Source: a virus (Duplodnaviria; Caudoviricetes). Taken from it: 57,961 nt of DNA. The translations under genes were made by a program, and so were the position numbers. The notes beneath the pieces are model-generated. The model had not been told where the DNA came from. It was given only the letters and a program-made list of their open reading frames with translations, and searched no databases. The DNA lies in the IMG/VR virus record IMGVR_UViG_3300038406_000153, positions 1-57,961 of that record. One strand, 5' to 3'. Below, in pieces: positions 43,710 to 53,541 of the stretch (position 1 is its first letter; each line of letters opens with the position of its first letter).

Positions 43710-46343
43710 CTATGTCGCCCCGCTAAACGCCAAATGCCAGGCGAGGTTGTCTTCGACCTGTTTCGCGTCGAAATGGTCGGACCACGCCTGCATGTTCAGG
43801 TTTTCGATGTGGAAGCTCCGACCGCCAGCATTGCCGAGTGCGGGGTCGGCCCCGGCGTTGATCGCCTGCAACAGAGGAAGATGTCGTCTCGTGGCGGACT
43901 CGCGGACCACGAACTCGTTGTTGGTGAGCCGAGCAAAGCCAGCGTCGACACCCGGGGGACCACCGGTCACCAAACCACCAGTCTGATAGGTCGGAATCGC
44001 GCCACCACCAGGCCTCCACGGTGGAGTCCCTTTTGTCGTATAGTTTGTAATAACGTTTACCGGGTAGGTACCTTTGAGATCTTCGAGGACATCTATGTAC
44101 TCCTCGACTTCAGCGGCCGTCAAACCCATTTCTTCGGCGTTGTCACGTAGAGACTGGATCTGGTCATCAATGACCTCCGTTGCAGCCTCATTGCTGAGCG
44201 TCGCCTCGAACGTTTCTGTTGCCATATCGGCTATCGAGCCCGTCAGGTCCTCCATGTTGCGGCGGTTCTCTCTCGCCGCCTCCGAATTTCCCTTCAAAGC
44301 ACCGCCGTTTTCTTTAGCGGCATCCGTGGTTTTCTTGATTTGTTCTTGGAGGGCGTCTTCTGCCTGAACCAAACCGAACGCGTGATCCAGGAGGGCTTGG
44401 ATCGCCTGATCCAAATCATTGAGCGCATCAGAACCCTCGCGAGCCTGTTCAGATGTCAACCCAAGAGACTCCGCAAGCTGCTGTTCAGCACCAGTCAGCT
44501 CGATCGTTTCCTCTTTGTTGTCTTTCATGGCTTCGCGCATGTTTTCGGATTCGGCTTGCGCCTCACCGAACGTCTCACCCAGATCCGCCATGATCCGATC
44601 CAAAGCGGCAACCCTGGCAGAGTTCTCCTGCTCCTCAGTAGATAGAGTCGCGAACTCGCCCCCAGTCTCAGCAGCCTCTTTTTTCAGCTCCGCCAAACGT
44701 TCCCGCTGCTCCGCCATCGCGTCAGTACCATTAAGGACCGCATCGACCAGTTCAGACTGCGAGATACCGAGCTTCTTGGCCGACTCGAAAGCACCCTCTT
44801 CTTGCAGCTTGTTGGCGATAAACGCCCTAGTGTTGTCGGTGATCGCGCCGGTCTGCTCATCCAACGTCGCGGTCAGCTCGTCAACCTCTGCCTCGGCAGC
44901 AGCCTCGGCAGCAGCCCAAACCCCAAGGCCAATAGTCACCCCAGCCAGGGCAATACCCACCGGCCCCATCAAAATGTTTGACAGTTTGGACAGCCCGGCT
45001 CGGGCAGCGCCAGCCACCGGACCCGACATTTGAGCCAGGGCAAGGTTGAATGCATGGATTTTCGGGACAGCGATCAACGCCGCCCCACCCACAATCCCAA
45101 TCACCGCAGCCAGAGACGCCACAACCACCAGCAGCGTCTGAATCGGACCCGGTAGCGACCCGAGAACGTCAGCAAGGCCACCCAAGAACGACGCGACCTC
45201 ACCGATTATCGGCAGAAGAACCTCACCCATGGAAATCGCGAAATCGACAACCCGGTTCCGCGCGATCGCCATCTGCGCCTCAGTCGTGCCGTACCGTTTC
45301 TCCGCCTCCTCCATGAGTGCCTTGTTCTCGTCCCACGCGGTGTTGGAGGTGCCCAACGATTTCGTGAGCAGATCAGAAGAGTTCGCGAGTCGCAGGAGCG
45401 AATCCCTGACCCGCATCTCACCCAGACCCAGATCGGTCAACGTCGCGAAAACGTTGTCGCCCGCGTTCTGGGCTCTACCCAAACCGACAACGAAAGCGTC
45501 GATCGCTCCGGCAGCGTCATCCCTGTAAGCCGTTGTGAAGTCTGCTGACGACATGCCCGCCACGGCCGCGAACTGCTCCAACGCGTCCCCGCCCTCACGG
45601 ACAGCCTGATCAATCGTCGCGAAAACACGAGAAATCGCGGTGCCGCCGGCCTCCGCCTCGACACCAGCCGAAGACAGGGCCGCCGCGAACGCCAGAACAT
45701 CCGATTCGGAGAGACCAATGGTTTTACCGGCACCGGCGATCCGCATCGCCATCTCAACAATCTCAGCCTCAGTCGTCGCCGAGTTGTTTCCAAGATCCAC
45801 TATCGCGGAACCAAGTTTGTCGACATCGGACGTACTCGTGCCCATGATGTTCATGAACCGCGCGAGAGCGATTGAAGCGTCCTGAGCGGACAAGTTCGTC
45901 GTCTCACCCAGGTCAATCATCGTCCGGGTGAACGCAACGATGTCTCCACGCTTGATACCCAGTTGACCAGCCGCTTCAGCGACCCCAGCAATCTCTTCAT
46001 GGGTCGCCGGGAGAACCCCCGTCAAATCCCGTAGGGACTGTTCCAGGGCGGCCATCTGCTCCGGAGTACCGTCGACGGTTTTAAGGACACCCGTCCACGC
46101 GGTCTCCCAATCGATCGCGGCTTTCACGGTGAGCCCGAGACCGACAGCGATCGCGGCACCAGCAGTCAACATGCCGGTGCCCACACTGGTCATCGCAGAA
46201 TCGACGCGCGCCTGCTGTTGTTCGAGTTTCCGCAGTTCCCGGTCGAAACCGCGAGTGGATTTCCCGGCCTCCTCCAGGCCCCGCTTGAAACCGGCAGGGT
46301 CGGCGGTCATCCGATAGATCAGGTCACGGCGAGAACTCGACAT
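43710..46343 (-). CDS. Tape measure protein
   Basis: 877 aa, Ala-rich; AIDWETAWTGVLKTVDG, LGNNSATTEAEI. Confidence 0.95.
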   Translation of the reverse strand: MSSSRRDLIYRMTADPAGFKRGLEEAGKSTRGFDRELRKLEQQQARVDSAMTSVGTGMLTAGAAIAVGLGLTVKAAIDWETAWTGVLKTVDGTPEQMAALEQSLRDLTGVLPATHEEIAGVAEAAGQLGIKRGDIVAFTRTMIDLGETTNLSAQDASIALARFMNIMGTSTSDVDKLGSAIVDLGNNSATTEAEIVEMAMRIAGAGKTIGLSESDVLAFAAALSSAGVEAEAGGTAISRVFATIDQAVREGGDALEQFAAVAGMSSADFTTAYRDDAAGAIDAFVVGLGRAQNAGDNVFATLTDLGLGEMRVRDSLLRLANSSDLLTKSLGTSNTAWDENKALMEEAEKRYGTTEAQMAIARNRVVDFAISMGEVLLPIIGEVASFLGGLADVLGSLPGPIQTLLVVVASLAAVIGIVGGAALIAVPKIHAFNLALAQMSGPVAGAARAGLSKLSNILMGPVGIALAGVTIGLGVWAAAEAAAEAEVDELTATLDEQTGAITDNTRAFIANKLQEEGAFESAKKLGISQSELVDAVLNGTDAMAEQRERLAELKKEAAETGGEFATLSTEEQENSARVAALDRIMADLGETFGEAQAESENMREAMKDNKEETIELTGAEQQLAESLGLTSEQAREGSDALNDLDQAIQALLDHAFGLVQAEDALQEQIKKTTDAAKENGGALKGNSEAARENRRNMEDLTGSIADMATETFEATLSNEAATEVIDDQIQSLRDNAEEMGLTAAEVEEYIDVLEDLKGTYPVNVITNYTTKGTPPWRPGGGAIPTYQTGGLVTGGPPGVDAGFARLTNNEFVVRESATRRHLPLLQAINAGADPALGNAGGRSFHIENLNMQAWSDHFDAKQVEDNLAWHLAFSGAT

Positions 46344-46346
46344 TCG

Positions 46347-46667
46347 TCACCCCCGTCGCAGCGTGATGAAATTGCCCGGAAGGGGATTCGTAGACTCGCC
46401 ATGTCTCTTTTGAGCCATCTGGATTTCTGCGCAGCCCTGGCAGTGACCTAGTTCAGCTTTGTAGGCGTCCCTCGACCCGCCCTTTTCGGGATCCCATTCC
46501 TCTGGCCGGGTACCGCATTTACAGACCCGTTTAGCTCTCACATATTGGACGATCGCCTTGTCGCGGTCTGATTTAGACCACGACAGGAACACCGAATGTG
46601 GGAGGCGGTAGTGGGCTGCTACTTCAAGTTCTGTAGCAAAGACAGGATCTGCGTCGAGCCTTTTGGG
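46347..46667 (-). CDS. -1 frameshift extension of the tail assembly chaperone
   Basis: C CCA AAA slippery site (46661-46667) opens RLDADPVFATELE..FLSW..DRDKA. Confidence 0.85.
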   Translation of the reverse strand, partial: PKRLDADPVFATELEVAAHYRLPHSVFLSWSKSDRDKAIVQYVRAKRVCKCGTRPEEWDPEKGGSRDAYKAELGHCQGCAEIQMAQKRHGESTNPLPGNFITLRRG

Positions 46668-47149
46668 AGCACCATCGGATCAACCGTCCTCGACTGTTCA
46701 TTGACCCTTACGGCCTCAACAAACAGTTCCTGACGTTCCCCGGCAGACATGTTGTTCAGGGCGTCCCGCCAATCGTCGGCGGTCATATCATCCTCAACGC
46801 ATTCGGCCAGAAGAGCAGGCCGGAACGTAGATGTGTTCCACACTGGTGGCGGCTCTTTTTTGGCTTGCGCTTCAGCGACTTCTTTCGCCTCCGGCGGGTG
46901 TGCCTCGACCAGAGCCTCATAGTCATCCGCCGGCAGGGCAGTGAGCACAATGCTCTCGTAACAGGCATCCAGTGCCCGCCGAGCAGCTTTGACTTTCTTG
47001 TCAGCGGCCTTGGCTTTATCGCCCGTCGCTCTCCGTGCGGCACGTTCGGCCGCCTGTACCTTCGCCTGCGCGTCACTAGGATCAGTGATCTGGAGACGGT
47101 ACGTCGCCTGCGCCCGCTGACGTTTAGCCAGCCGGTCTTTCAGGCTCAC
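46619..47149 (-). CDS. Tail assembly chaperone
   Basis: Between tail tube and tape measure; YEALVEAHPP..TFRPALLA. Confidence 0.85.
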   Translation of the reverse strand: MSLKDRLAKRQRAQATYRLQITDPSDAQAKVQAAERAARRATGDKAKAADKKVKAARRALDACYESIVLTALPADDYEALVEAHPPEAKEVAEAQAKKEPPPVWNTSTFRPALLAECVEDDMTADDWRDALNNMSAGERQELFVEAVRVNEQSRTVDPMVLPKGSTQILSLLQNLK

Positions 47150-47637
47150 GGAGCAGCCGGGATCGTGACATTCTCGGCGGGCTCCCGAGTGATCGAAAAC
47201 TGGACAGTCACCATGGTCGCGTTAGACGCCGGGTAGTCGATCGGTTTCGAGACACTGCGGACACGGACAGGAAATATGTCCATCAGCTGGCCTGCGATGT
47301 TTCCGCCGTGGAAGACCACGACAAACCCGGAATCTTTACGTTCTATAACAGTCCGCACATCGTCGGTGTCACGGCTCGCATAGAACGCGATCGACGCGTC
47401 ACCAGGGTTGATCCGGCCAGGGATCTGCCCCGTGAACAGGGTCCCACCATCGGGGACAGCCACGTTATCGGCGGCAACCTCGAAACCCTCAGCCGTCGAC
47501 ACCTCCGAGGTCAAATCGATACCGGCATCCAGTTCCGCATACAGTGGAGCCGTATAGTCGGTAATCGACACCACCCAGTAGTGTTTCGCGGTTTCTGGCG
47601 CTACATACCGGTCCGTGGGGTTGAGTGTGGTCACCAT
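47146..47637 (-). CDS. Major tail (tube) protein
   Basis: PLYAELDAGIDLT..QIPGR..FSIT..P.ENV. Confidence 0.85.
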   Translation of the reverse strand: MVTTLNPTDRYVAPETAKHYWVVSITDYTAPLYAELDAGIDLTSEVSTAEGFEVAADNVAVPDGGTLFTGQIPGRINPGDASIAFYASRDTDDVRTVIERKDSGFVVVFHGGNIAGQLMDIFPVRVRSVSKPIDYPASNATMVTVQFSITREPAENVTIPAAP

Positions 47638-47807
47638 CAGTCGGTCTCCTCAGAGCTCTTGCGGCCACGCCGCTTAATTGGTTTCTTGGGTTCGGATTCG
47701 ACATCACTGGGATGCCAGCCGGCGGCGATCCACGTCGCCATTGCCCGGCGCCGAACCGTCATGGTCCGGCCGGGTAGATTCGGGTGTTCCAAAGTCACGT
47801 CATTCAT
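47637..47807 (-). CDS. Small virion-region protein
   Basis: HPNLPG..W..AGW. Confidence 0.65.
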   Translation of the reverse strand: MNDVTLEHPNLPGRTMTVRRRAMATWIAAGWHPSDVESEPKKPIKRRGRKSSEETD

Positions 47808-48121
47808 GCCACGACCTCGAACGTCACGCTGGTCTCCAACGACCATTGAATGTGGACAAGGTTGTCGGCTTTGTTGCGATAGACCGTGGTGGCTGCTACA
47901 TACTTGGATCCGCTGGCGGGGATGGCGATCGTTCGGTCCGCAACAGCCAGATCGCCGTCTACGGACTGCGGTGTCACCATCGTCATATCGACGCTCGCGC
48001 CGCTACCGTTTGTCACACGCAGGATCGCGCCTGGTCGTACCTGGTCGCCGCCGGCCGACGCCAGGTTCACGGCAGCGGTGATACCACTCGATGTGACACG
48101 CTCAGTGTCTACAATAGCCAT
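47804..48121 (-). CDS. Virion structural protein
   Basis: AAGGAG RBS; beta-rich. Confidence 0.7.
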   Translation of the reverse strand: MAIVDTERVTSSGITAAVNLASAGGDQVRPGAILRVTNGSGASVDMTMVTPQSVDGDLAVADRTIAIPASGSKYVAATTVYRNKADNLVHIQWSLETSVTFEVVA

Positions 48122-48133
48122 ATTGTTTGCTCC

Positions 48134-48556
48134 TTATCGGAATCCCGCTGCTGCGGCAGCTTTACTGACTGCTTTATCGAGTGCTTTCGCGAAGCTCTCT
48201 GCGTGCTGGGCGATCGCAGGAGCAATGAACGGCCGGACGTTTTCCACAACCCACGGATCGTGGCCGTACGTTTGGTGTCGGAACGTCGCCCCGTTCGCGC
48301 CGAACTCGTAGAGCCGCGCGTGGGGAACCGATTTGGATACTTTGATCGTGGCTCCCGGCAGACGCTGACTCCGGCTCGTACCGACCGAGATCGCTCCTGG
48401 AATCCGGGTAGACCAGGAAGCATTGCGTTTCGCGGTTTCTGCGACAGGCCGGGCGGCTTCCCGCATCTCGCGGTTCATGTGGCGAGGAATATCGCCCTTC
48501 ATCTTGTTGATGTCGTTGATGAGTTTCCGAACGTCAGCCGAACCGGTTCCAGCCAC
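48134..48556 (-). CDS. HK97 gp10-like tail completion protein
   Basis: HARLYEFG..RPFIAPA. Confidence 0.75.
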   Translation of the reverse strand: MAGTGSADVRKLINDINKMKGDIPRHMNREMREAARPVAETAKRNASWSTRIPGAISVGTSRSQRLPGATIKVSKSVPHARLYEFGANGATFRHQTYGHDPWVVENVRPFIAPAIAQHAESFAKALDKAVSKAAAAAGFR

Positions 48557-48647
48557 AACGCCCCCTCATGCCGCGCTACGCTGTGTGAAGGTCTGTTAGG
48601 CGCCGCCCGCCTATCGGCAGCAGGCCAACCCCCGAGGAAGTCAGAAA

Positions 48648-49103
48648 GTGAAAAAGGAGCTGGCCGTGATGGCCACGGCTGTCTGCCTGTTTGCTGGATG
48701 CACGGCCACCATTGATGAACCCGCAAAAAGTAAGTCAGCATCCATCGAGGTGAAACTGTCGACGGCTGACCCTCACATTGGTGTCAACGCGGAAACCGAA
48801 CGGCGAGAATGCGTGTGGGTGGAAACGTCCTACGTTCTCAAAAACAGTGACGGGAAAATCGTTGCCACCGAGGACCTACCCAAAGGGGCCGCCACTGTGG
48901 GAGACCACGAAGGGGCTGTGGGGCAGCTCATTTCTTCCAAGCCACCTGACTATGAATGCATCCTGAAATTCACGATCAGACCTGAAGAATCAGACTTCTA
49001 TGAGCTGGAAGTGACAACGCTCGCGCCGCACAAACAAAAGACATACACGCAGGTCAAGACGTTCTCGGTCGAAGATAGCCCTGTCACCATCACCTTCGAC
49101 TAA
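48648..49103 (+). CDS. Lipoprotein moron
   Basis: MKK-hydrophobic-LFAG/C lipobox; antisense to the late operon. Confidence 0.75.
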   Translation: MKKELAVMATAVCLFAGCTATIDEPAKSKSASIEVKLSTADPHIGVNAETERRECVWVETSYVLKNSDGKIVATEDLPKGAATVGDHEGAVGQLISSKPPDYECILKFTIRPEESDFYELEVTTLAPHKQKTYTQVKTFSVEDSPVTITFD

Positions 49104-49549
49104 CGGTCGAACGCGTCCACGAACACACTGAACCGCAGATTCACGGCCATTCCCGTCGTCGCGGGGTACGCCGAATAGTCGATGATGTCCATGTAGGCAC
49201 GCAACACACCCTGGGATATTGGGTGCTCGGATTTCAACCCAGCCACCAAGGCTGTATAGGTGGTGAACACCAGCGCCCGTAGCGCTTTCGTATCACTGTC
49301 ACCTGAACTGGCCGCGAGGAGACAGTTCACGCGGTACATTTCCCGCCGGTCACCGACACCACTCTCCAGATCAATATCGGCTTCTAGGACGGCCCCGGAC
49401 TCGGACCAGCCGACAACAATCCCCAGATCAGTTCCGTCCTCATTGACCTCAACCAGGTTGGAGACTGGCCCGTCATCGACACGCGCATCAGGTGCTGCTG
49501 TACCGAAGATCGTGACGAGTCGTTCTAGTACAGCCGGGATGGTACTCAT
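49100..49549 (-). CDS. Tail terminator-like protein
   Basis: Position; STIPAVL..V.DGP. Confidence 0.65.
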   Translation of the reverse strand: MSTIPAVLERLVTIFGTAAPDARVDDGPVSNLVEVNEDGTDLGIVVGWSESGAVLEADIDLESGVGDRREMYRVNCLLAASSGDSDTKALRALVFTTYTALVAGLKSEHPISQGVLRAYMDIIDYSAYPATTGMAVNLRFSVFVDAFDR

Positions 49550-50352
49550 GCGACCACCGGAACCATCTCGGATTCCAGGAGCTCCACGGCTCGTCGGGGA
49601 ATCGAATAGAACCGGCCTTTATGGTCGTGAACGTTCATCATCGTGTCCTCCGCGTAGGCGGTCGCTGGTCGCCGGGAATCGTTAGGTCGTTGGGTGTCCC
49701 ACAAATGCTGGACAATGATTTTCGCGGCCAGCACCCACCCAGCTGGGACCACCGCGTGACCGGCTTTATAGGTGACAGTGAATCGGCCCCGGAACCATCC
49801 ACCGGTGCGCATCATCCCGACATCATCCACATCCACTGAACCCACATCGATAGACCCACCGGAGGCGTACTGGATAGAAACAACTTCCTGCACCGGGTAG
49901 TGCCGCAACGGAACGACAGGACCGTTGACGCTGTGGCTTTCGGTGTAGGTACGCAGGATCGACGTTTTGACACGGAAGTCAATAACCCCGGTAGCGGCCT
50001 CCACGAAGCTCCGGATCTGTTCATCCGAACCAGTATTGGTGACCCGCAGATGGGCTTTAGCGTCGGCTAGGGAAATGATCTGCGACAGCTCGGACTGCCG
50101 GACATCAAACACATCCCGGTACGCCGTCTGCGGATCCGTCGTGGACAGGACGAACGAGTGCCGACCCGCCTGGGTCGTCGGGAAGTCGACGATCAGAACA
50201 CCCGTTTCTGCCGGCGGCAGCGAAACTGCGGGTGTCTCGGTGGTGCCGTCCGGGAGCGTCACCGTCAAACCGGCAGCGCCCGGGTTGGTCAAAACCCCGT
50301 CGAGGGTTTTGACCTCCACCCGGATCCGGAACACGTCACCCAGATCGATCAT
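49546..50352 (-). CDS. Head-tail connector with N-terminal Ig-like domain
   Basis: ISLADAKAHL..VEAAT..VTYKAG..VP..AA. Confidence 0.8.
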   Translation of the reverse strand: MIDLGDVFRIRVEVKTLDGVLTNPGAAGLTVTLPDGTTETPAVSLPPAETGVLIVDFPTTQAGRHSFVLSTTDPQTAYRDVFDVRQSELSQIISLADAKAHLRVTNTGSDEQIRSFVEAATGVIDFRVKTSILRTYTESHSVNGPVVPLRHYPVQEVVSIQYASGGSIDVGSVDVDDVGMMRTGGWFRGRFTVTYKAGHAVVPAGWVLAAKIIVQHLWDTQRPNDSRRPATAYAEDTMMNVHDHKGRFYSIPRRAVELLESEMVPVVA

Positions 50353-50765
50353 TAGCTGCGCGGGATCGGAGTACGGCGGGCACCAGACAACACAATCACG
50401 GCACTGTAGATACCACCGGTGGCAGGTGAACCCGTCACCGTGGCGACAGCCCGCAAATACCTAGCATGTCCGGTATACCCGAGTTCGAACACAGCTTCAT
50501 CGTTGTCTGAAGTGATACTGATCGCCGGCCCTTGAAGGAACTCAGCGGCAACATCAGTCCAATCCGAATCATCCGGGGAATCTTGAAGCTTGAACGCATG
50601 CGTCCCATCAGTGACCGTCCCAGCGGCGACAACGAGCATCGCCGACCGGAATGCCGACAATTCATTCGACATCCGGTCAACGGCCGTGCCATTGGCGTTG
50701 GCTGTGCGGGCCGCCGGGGTAAACGACACTTTGGCAGTACTGGAGTTGTAGACAGACGTTCTCAC
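50352..50765 (-). CDS. Capsid decoration-like protein
   Basis: NGTAVD..KLQDS.D.SDWTDV..RYLR. Confidence 0.6.
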   Translation of the reverse strand: MRTSVYNSSTAKVSFTPAARTANANGTAVDRMSNELSAFRSAMLVVAAGTVTDGTHAFKLQDSPDDSDWTDVAAEFLQGPAISITSDNDEAVFELGYTGHARYLRAVATVTGSPATGGIYSAVIVLSGARRTPIPRS

Positions 50766-51043
50766 TGTGACACCTCGGTCTCAACGGTCTCCACCTTGCG
50801 GGCGGGCTTACGTTTCTTCGGTTCCGACAGCGACCGTTTCTCACCGGGGGCCGCAGTTGCTTCCTCGATAGTCCGGTCTATGTAGTCCTGCGCAAGTTCG
50901 AAGTATTTCTCGTTGCGGAGGATGTCTTGATGGTTCTTTACTCGTGGGTCATTACTGGAAATTAGTTCGCCAGTGCGAACCACTCGGTTGGTTCCTGCGA
51001 CACCAACCACGAACGACAGTTTGCACCGGTATGTCTTAGCCAT
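50762..51043 (-). CDS. Small head-region protein
   Basis: EEATAAPGEKR; AAGGA RBS. Confidence 0.7.
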   Translation of the reverse strand: MAKTYRCKLSFVVGVAGTNRVVRTGELISSNDPRVKNHQDILRNEKYFELAQDYIDRTIEEATAAPGEKRSLSEPKKRKPARKVETVETEVSQ

Positions 51044-51096
51044 TGGTTTTTCCTTCGATGGCGGCCGGGGGCTATATGGCCCCCGGCCTAAATGGA

Positions 51097-52596
51097 TCAG
51101 GTGACGTTCAACATCCGGAAAGCACCATCGTTCACGGAATCGGCGCCAGTCCTGTACGACGCGAACCAACCACGCTGGCCGGAGGGCCGGTTGTTGGACG
51201 TGTGGAACAGGTGCGGAATGAACTCCACAGTCATGCCGACACGATCGGCGATCACGTAGTTGTTGAAGTTCCCGAACACGATGGTCCTGTTGTTCTGTCC
51301 GGCGTCGATGACACCATCCATCGCTTCGGCCTCCAAAACCCGGCGGCCGATCAGACCGTCAGGCAGATCATTACCGAGGGTGGTCCACAGCGCGGCACCA
51401 CCGGAAGTGTCGAACTGGCGGGTCGCGTTGTAGGTCTGGATGTTCGCCAGCCAAGTGCCGCGGCGACGGTGCTTGGCTGGGAGTCCGCCATGCAGCTTGT
51501 ACACGTCCTCCAGAGCGAACACGTCGGTGGTGGCCGACGAGATCTCCGAGGCTGTACCCGTCAGCGCGGTAACGATACCGGTGGGCTGGCCAGAGCCAGA
51601 TCCGGTAATGAACGCCTCTGCTTCAAGGTCTTCGCGTCCCTCCGACAACAGTTCGGCCACAGTCGCGGTGACGTTGGCTTCGTCCTGCATCGCCTGCATG
51701 GAGATCGGTACGAACCCGCGGGCCGTGTGGATCGGGATTGAAGGCTGCGCGAAGTTCGTCGAATCGTCCGACACCTCCGAGCCCTCAGCGTCCCAGCTCC
51801 ACGACACGGCGCCCGAAGAGACACCATTCCACACGTCGCCAGTGGCCACGACCATCCGGGCAACCTGCCGAATCTCCGACAGCATCCCATCAGACGTAAC
51901 GATCACGGTCGGATCCAGCTGGAACGGCACCAGGTAGCCGCCCTCGGAGTCGGTCAGCGACATGGCACGGAACGCCTCAGCGGCCTGCCAAGCGTTGCGC
52001 TCGTCGGGAGTGAACTCGGCGCCTTGAGGATCGCGAGCTTTTTTCACCCACGCGCGCATGTACGCGGGGCTGGAGGTGTGCAGGATCAACCGCGCGATAT
52101 ACGAGTTGCGGTCGTCCCAGCGCTCCAGGATCCTGGTGCCGCCGGCGCGCACCGCGTCGTTGCAGCCGGGCATCTTCTCGATGGCCGACAGAGCACGGGC
52201 ACGCAGTTCAGCGCCCACGTCTTCGGGGTCTCGCCCGAACGTGCGCACTTCGGACAGGTTCCACGGGTCCCGGAACCGGCAATCCTCAACCGAGTCAGGG
52301 TTGAGGACCGGATCCAGGTCGTAGCCTTGACCACCGCTGACAGAGGCGCCGCGTTCCACCCGCAACGCCAGCGATGCCGGCCCGCGTTCAGTGGTTTTGG
52401 TGGCCGACCGGACCCGCTCCAAAGCGGAAGTCCGCTCCAACTGGCGACGGTGCCCATCGATTTGCGCGAATTCGCGAGTCAGCTCGTCGAACTGCTGCTC
52501 ATCCTCGGAAGTGAGGTCGTCCTTTTCGCCGAGCCGTTCCAGCTCGACCTTGATGTCCTGCAAACGGATGACCGCCTGCGGGTGCGAAAGTTCCAT
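51097..52596 (-). CDS. Major capsid protein (HK97 fold)
   Basis: GGYLVP, FITGSG..QPTGI, FGNF..YVIADR. Confidence 0.95.
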   Translation of the reverse strand: MELSHPQAVIRLQDIKVELERLGEKDDLTSEDEQQFDELTREFAQIDGHRRQLERTSALERVRSATKTTERGPASLALRVERGASVSGGQGYDLDPVLNPDSVEDCRFRDPWNLSEVRTFGRDPEDVGAELRARALSAIEKMPGCNDAVRAGGTRILERWDDRNSYIARLILHTSSPAYMRAWVKKARDPQGAEFTPDERNAWQAAEAFRAMSLTDSEGGYLVPFQLDPTVIVTSDGMLSEIRQVARMVVATGDVWNGVSSGAVSWSWDAEGSEVSDDSTNFAQPSIPIHTARGFVPISMQAMQDEANVTATVAELLSEGREDLEAEAFITGSGSGQPTGIVTALTGTASEISSATTDVFALEDVYKLHGGLPAKHRRRGTWLANIQTYNATRQFDTSGGAALWTTLGNDLPDGLIGRRVLEAEAMDGVIDAGQNNRTIVFGNFNNYVIADRVGMTVEFIPHLFHTSNNRPSGQRGWFASYRTGADSVNDGAFRMLNVT

Positions 52597-53541
52597 TTAA
52601 ATGTCCTTTGTGATGGACGCGAGCTTTGTACTCATCAGCTCCGTGACTTCACGGATGTTGCTGCGGAGTTGCTTCACGTCGTCGGTATCGGTCATCGACG
52701 GGTGCCCATCACTAGGCGGCGCGTCGTCATCGTCCAACGGGTGCCCATCGGGCGGCGCGTCTTCGGAATCCCTTGCGGGTTCAGGCGAGTGCTGTTGCAG
52801 CGGCTCGTCTGAAGTTTTGGTGCCAACCAGTGCGCACGCCACTTCAGCGCGCAGCTTCGGGTCGGCAAGGTCGTCAGCGCCGGGCGGAACATCCATAGCT
52901 AGGGAGCGTCGAATGTCGCGGCGCAGTTCAGCGTCAGCACGAATAGTTGAGGCCAGGTCTCGTGCCCGCACACTCACCGAGGTTTCCTCGTAGGCAGGCC
53001 ACACAACCGGGCCGGCCTCAGCGATCTTGACTTCTCTCAAAGTCCGTTCCAGTGGGCCGCGGTCACCGGCATCCCACAGGAGGCGAGGCAGTTCGTCGGC
53101 TTTGATGAGTTTCCCGGCGTTGTCGCGCCACTCCTCACGCACCACGGAAAACCGGAACGACATGCCATCGATAGCGCCCTCAGCGATCGCGTCGCGGATC
53201 GGCTGCACCAACCAGTTATCCGTCAACCGGGCTTCCACGTACAGGCCGCGCTCGTCCTCTTTGATCGACGTGAACCGGCCAATCGGGACAGACCCAATCA
53301 ACGGATGGTGGCCGTGATCAAACTGAAGCCGCGGCGTCCGCTCCCGAACCGATTTACGGAAAGCACCCGGCGCGATCTTCTCGCTGAAAGTCCCTTCCCA
53401 CGAGTTGATCTCCGTGGCGGCGTTGAAAACCGCCGCATACCCCTCCAGCGTAAAACCGTCAGAGCCTTCATCGGCGCGCACCAAGTCGAAAGCGACACTG
53501 CGCTCCAGGTCGTCGCGTGGTGGCGCAGTCAACATCGTCAT
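52597..53541 (-). CDS. HK97 prohead protease
   Basis: LEGYAAVFN, EKIAPGAF, FDH, GMSFRF, WPAY. Confidence 0.93.
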   Translation of the reverse strand: MTMLTAPPRDDLERSVAFDLVRADEGSDGFTLEGYAAVFNAATEINSWEGTFSEKIAPGAFRKSVRERTPRLQFDHGHHPLIGSVPIGRFTSIKEDERGLYVEARLTDNWLVQPIRDAIAEGAIDGMSFRFSVVREEWRDNAGKLIKADELPRLLWDAGDRGPLERTLREVKIAEAGPVVWPAYEETSVSVRARDLASTIRADAELRRDIRRSLAMDVPPGADDLADPKLRAEVACALVGTKTSDEPLQQHSPEPARDSEDAPPDGHPLDDDDAPPSDGHPSMTDTDDVKQLRSNIREVTELMSTKLASITKDI

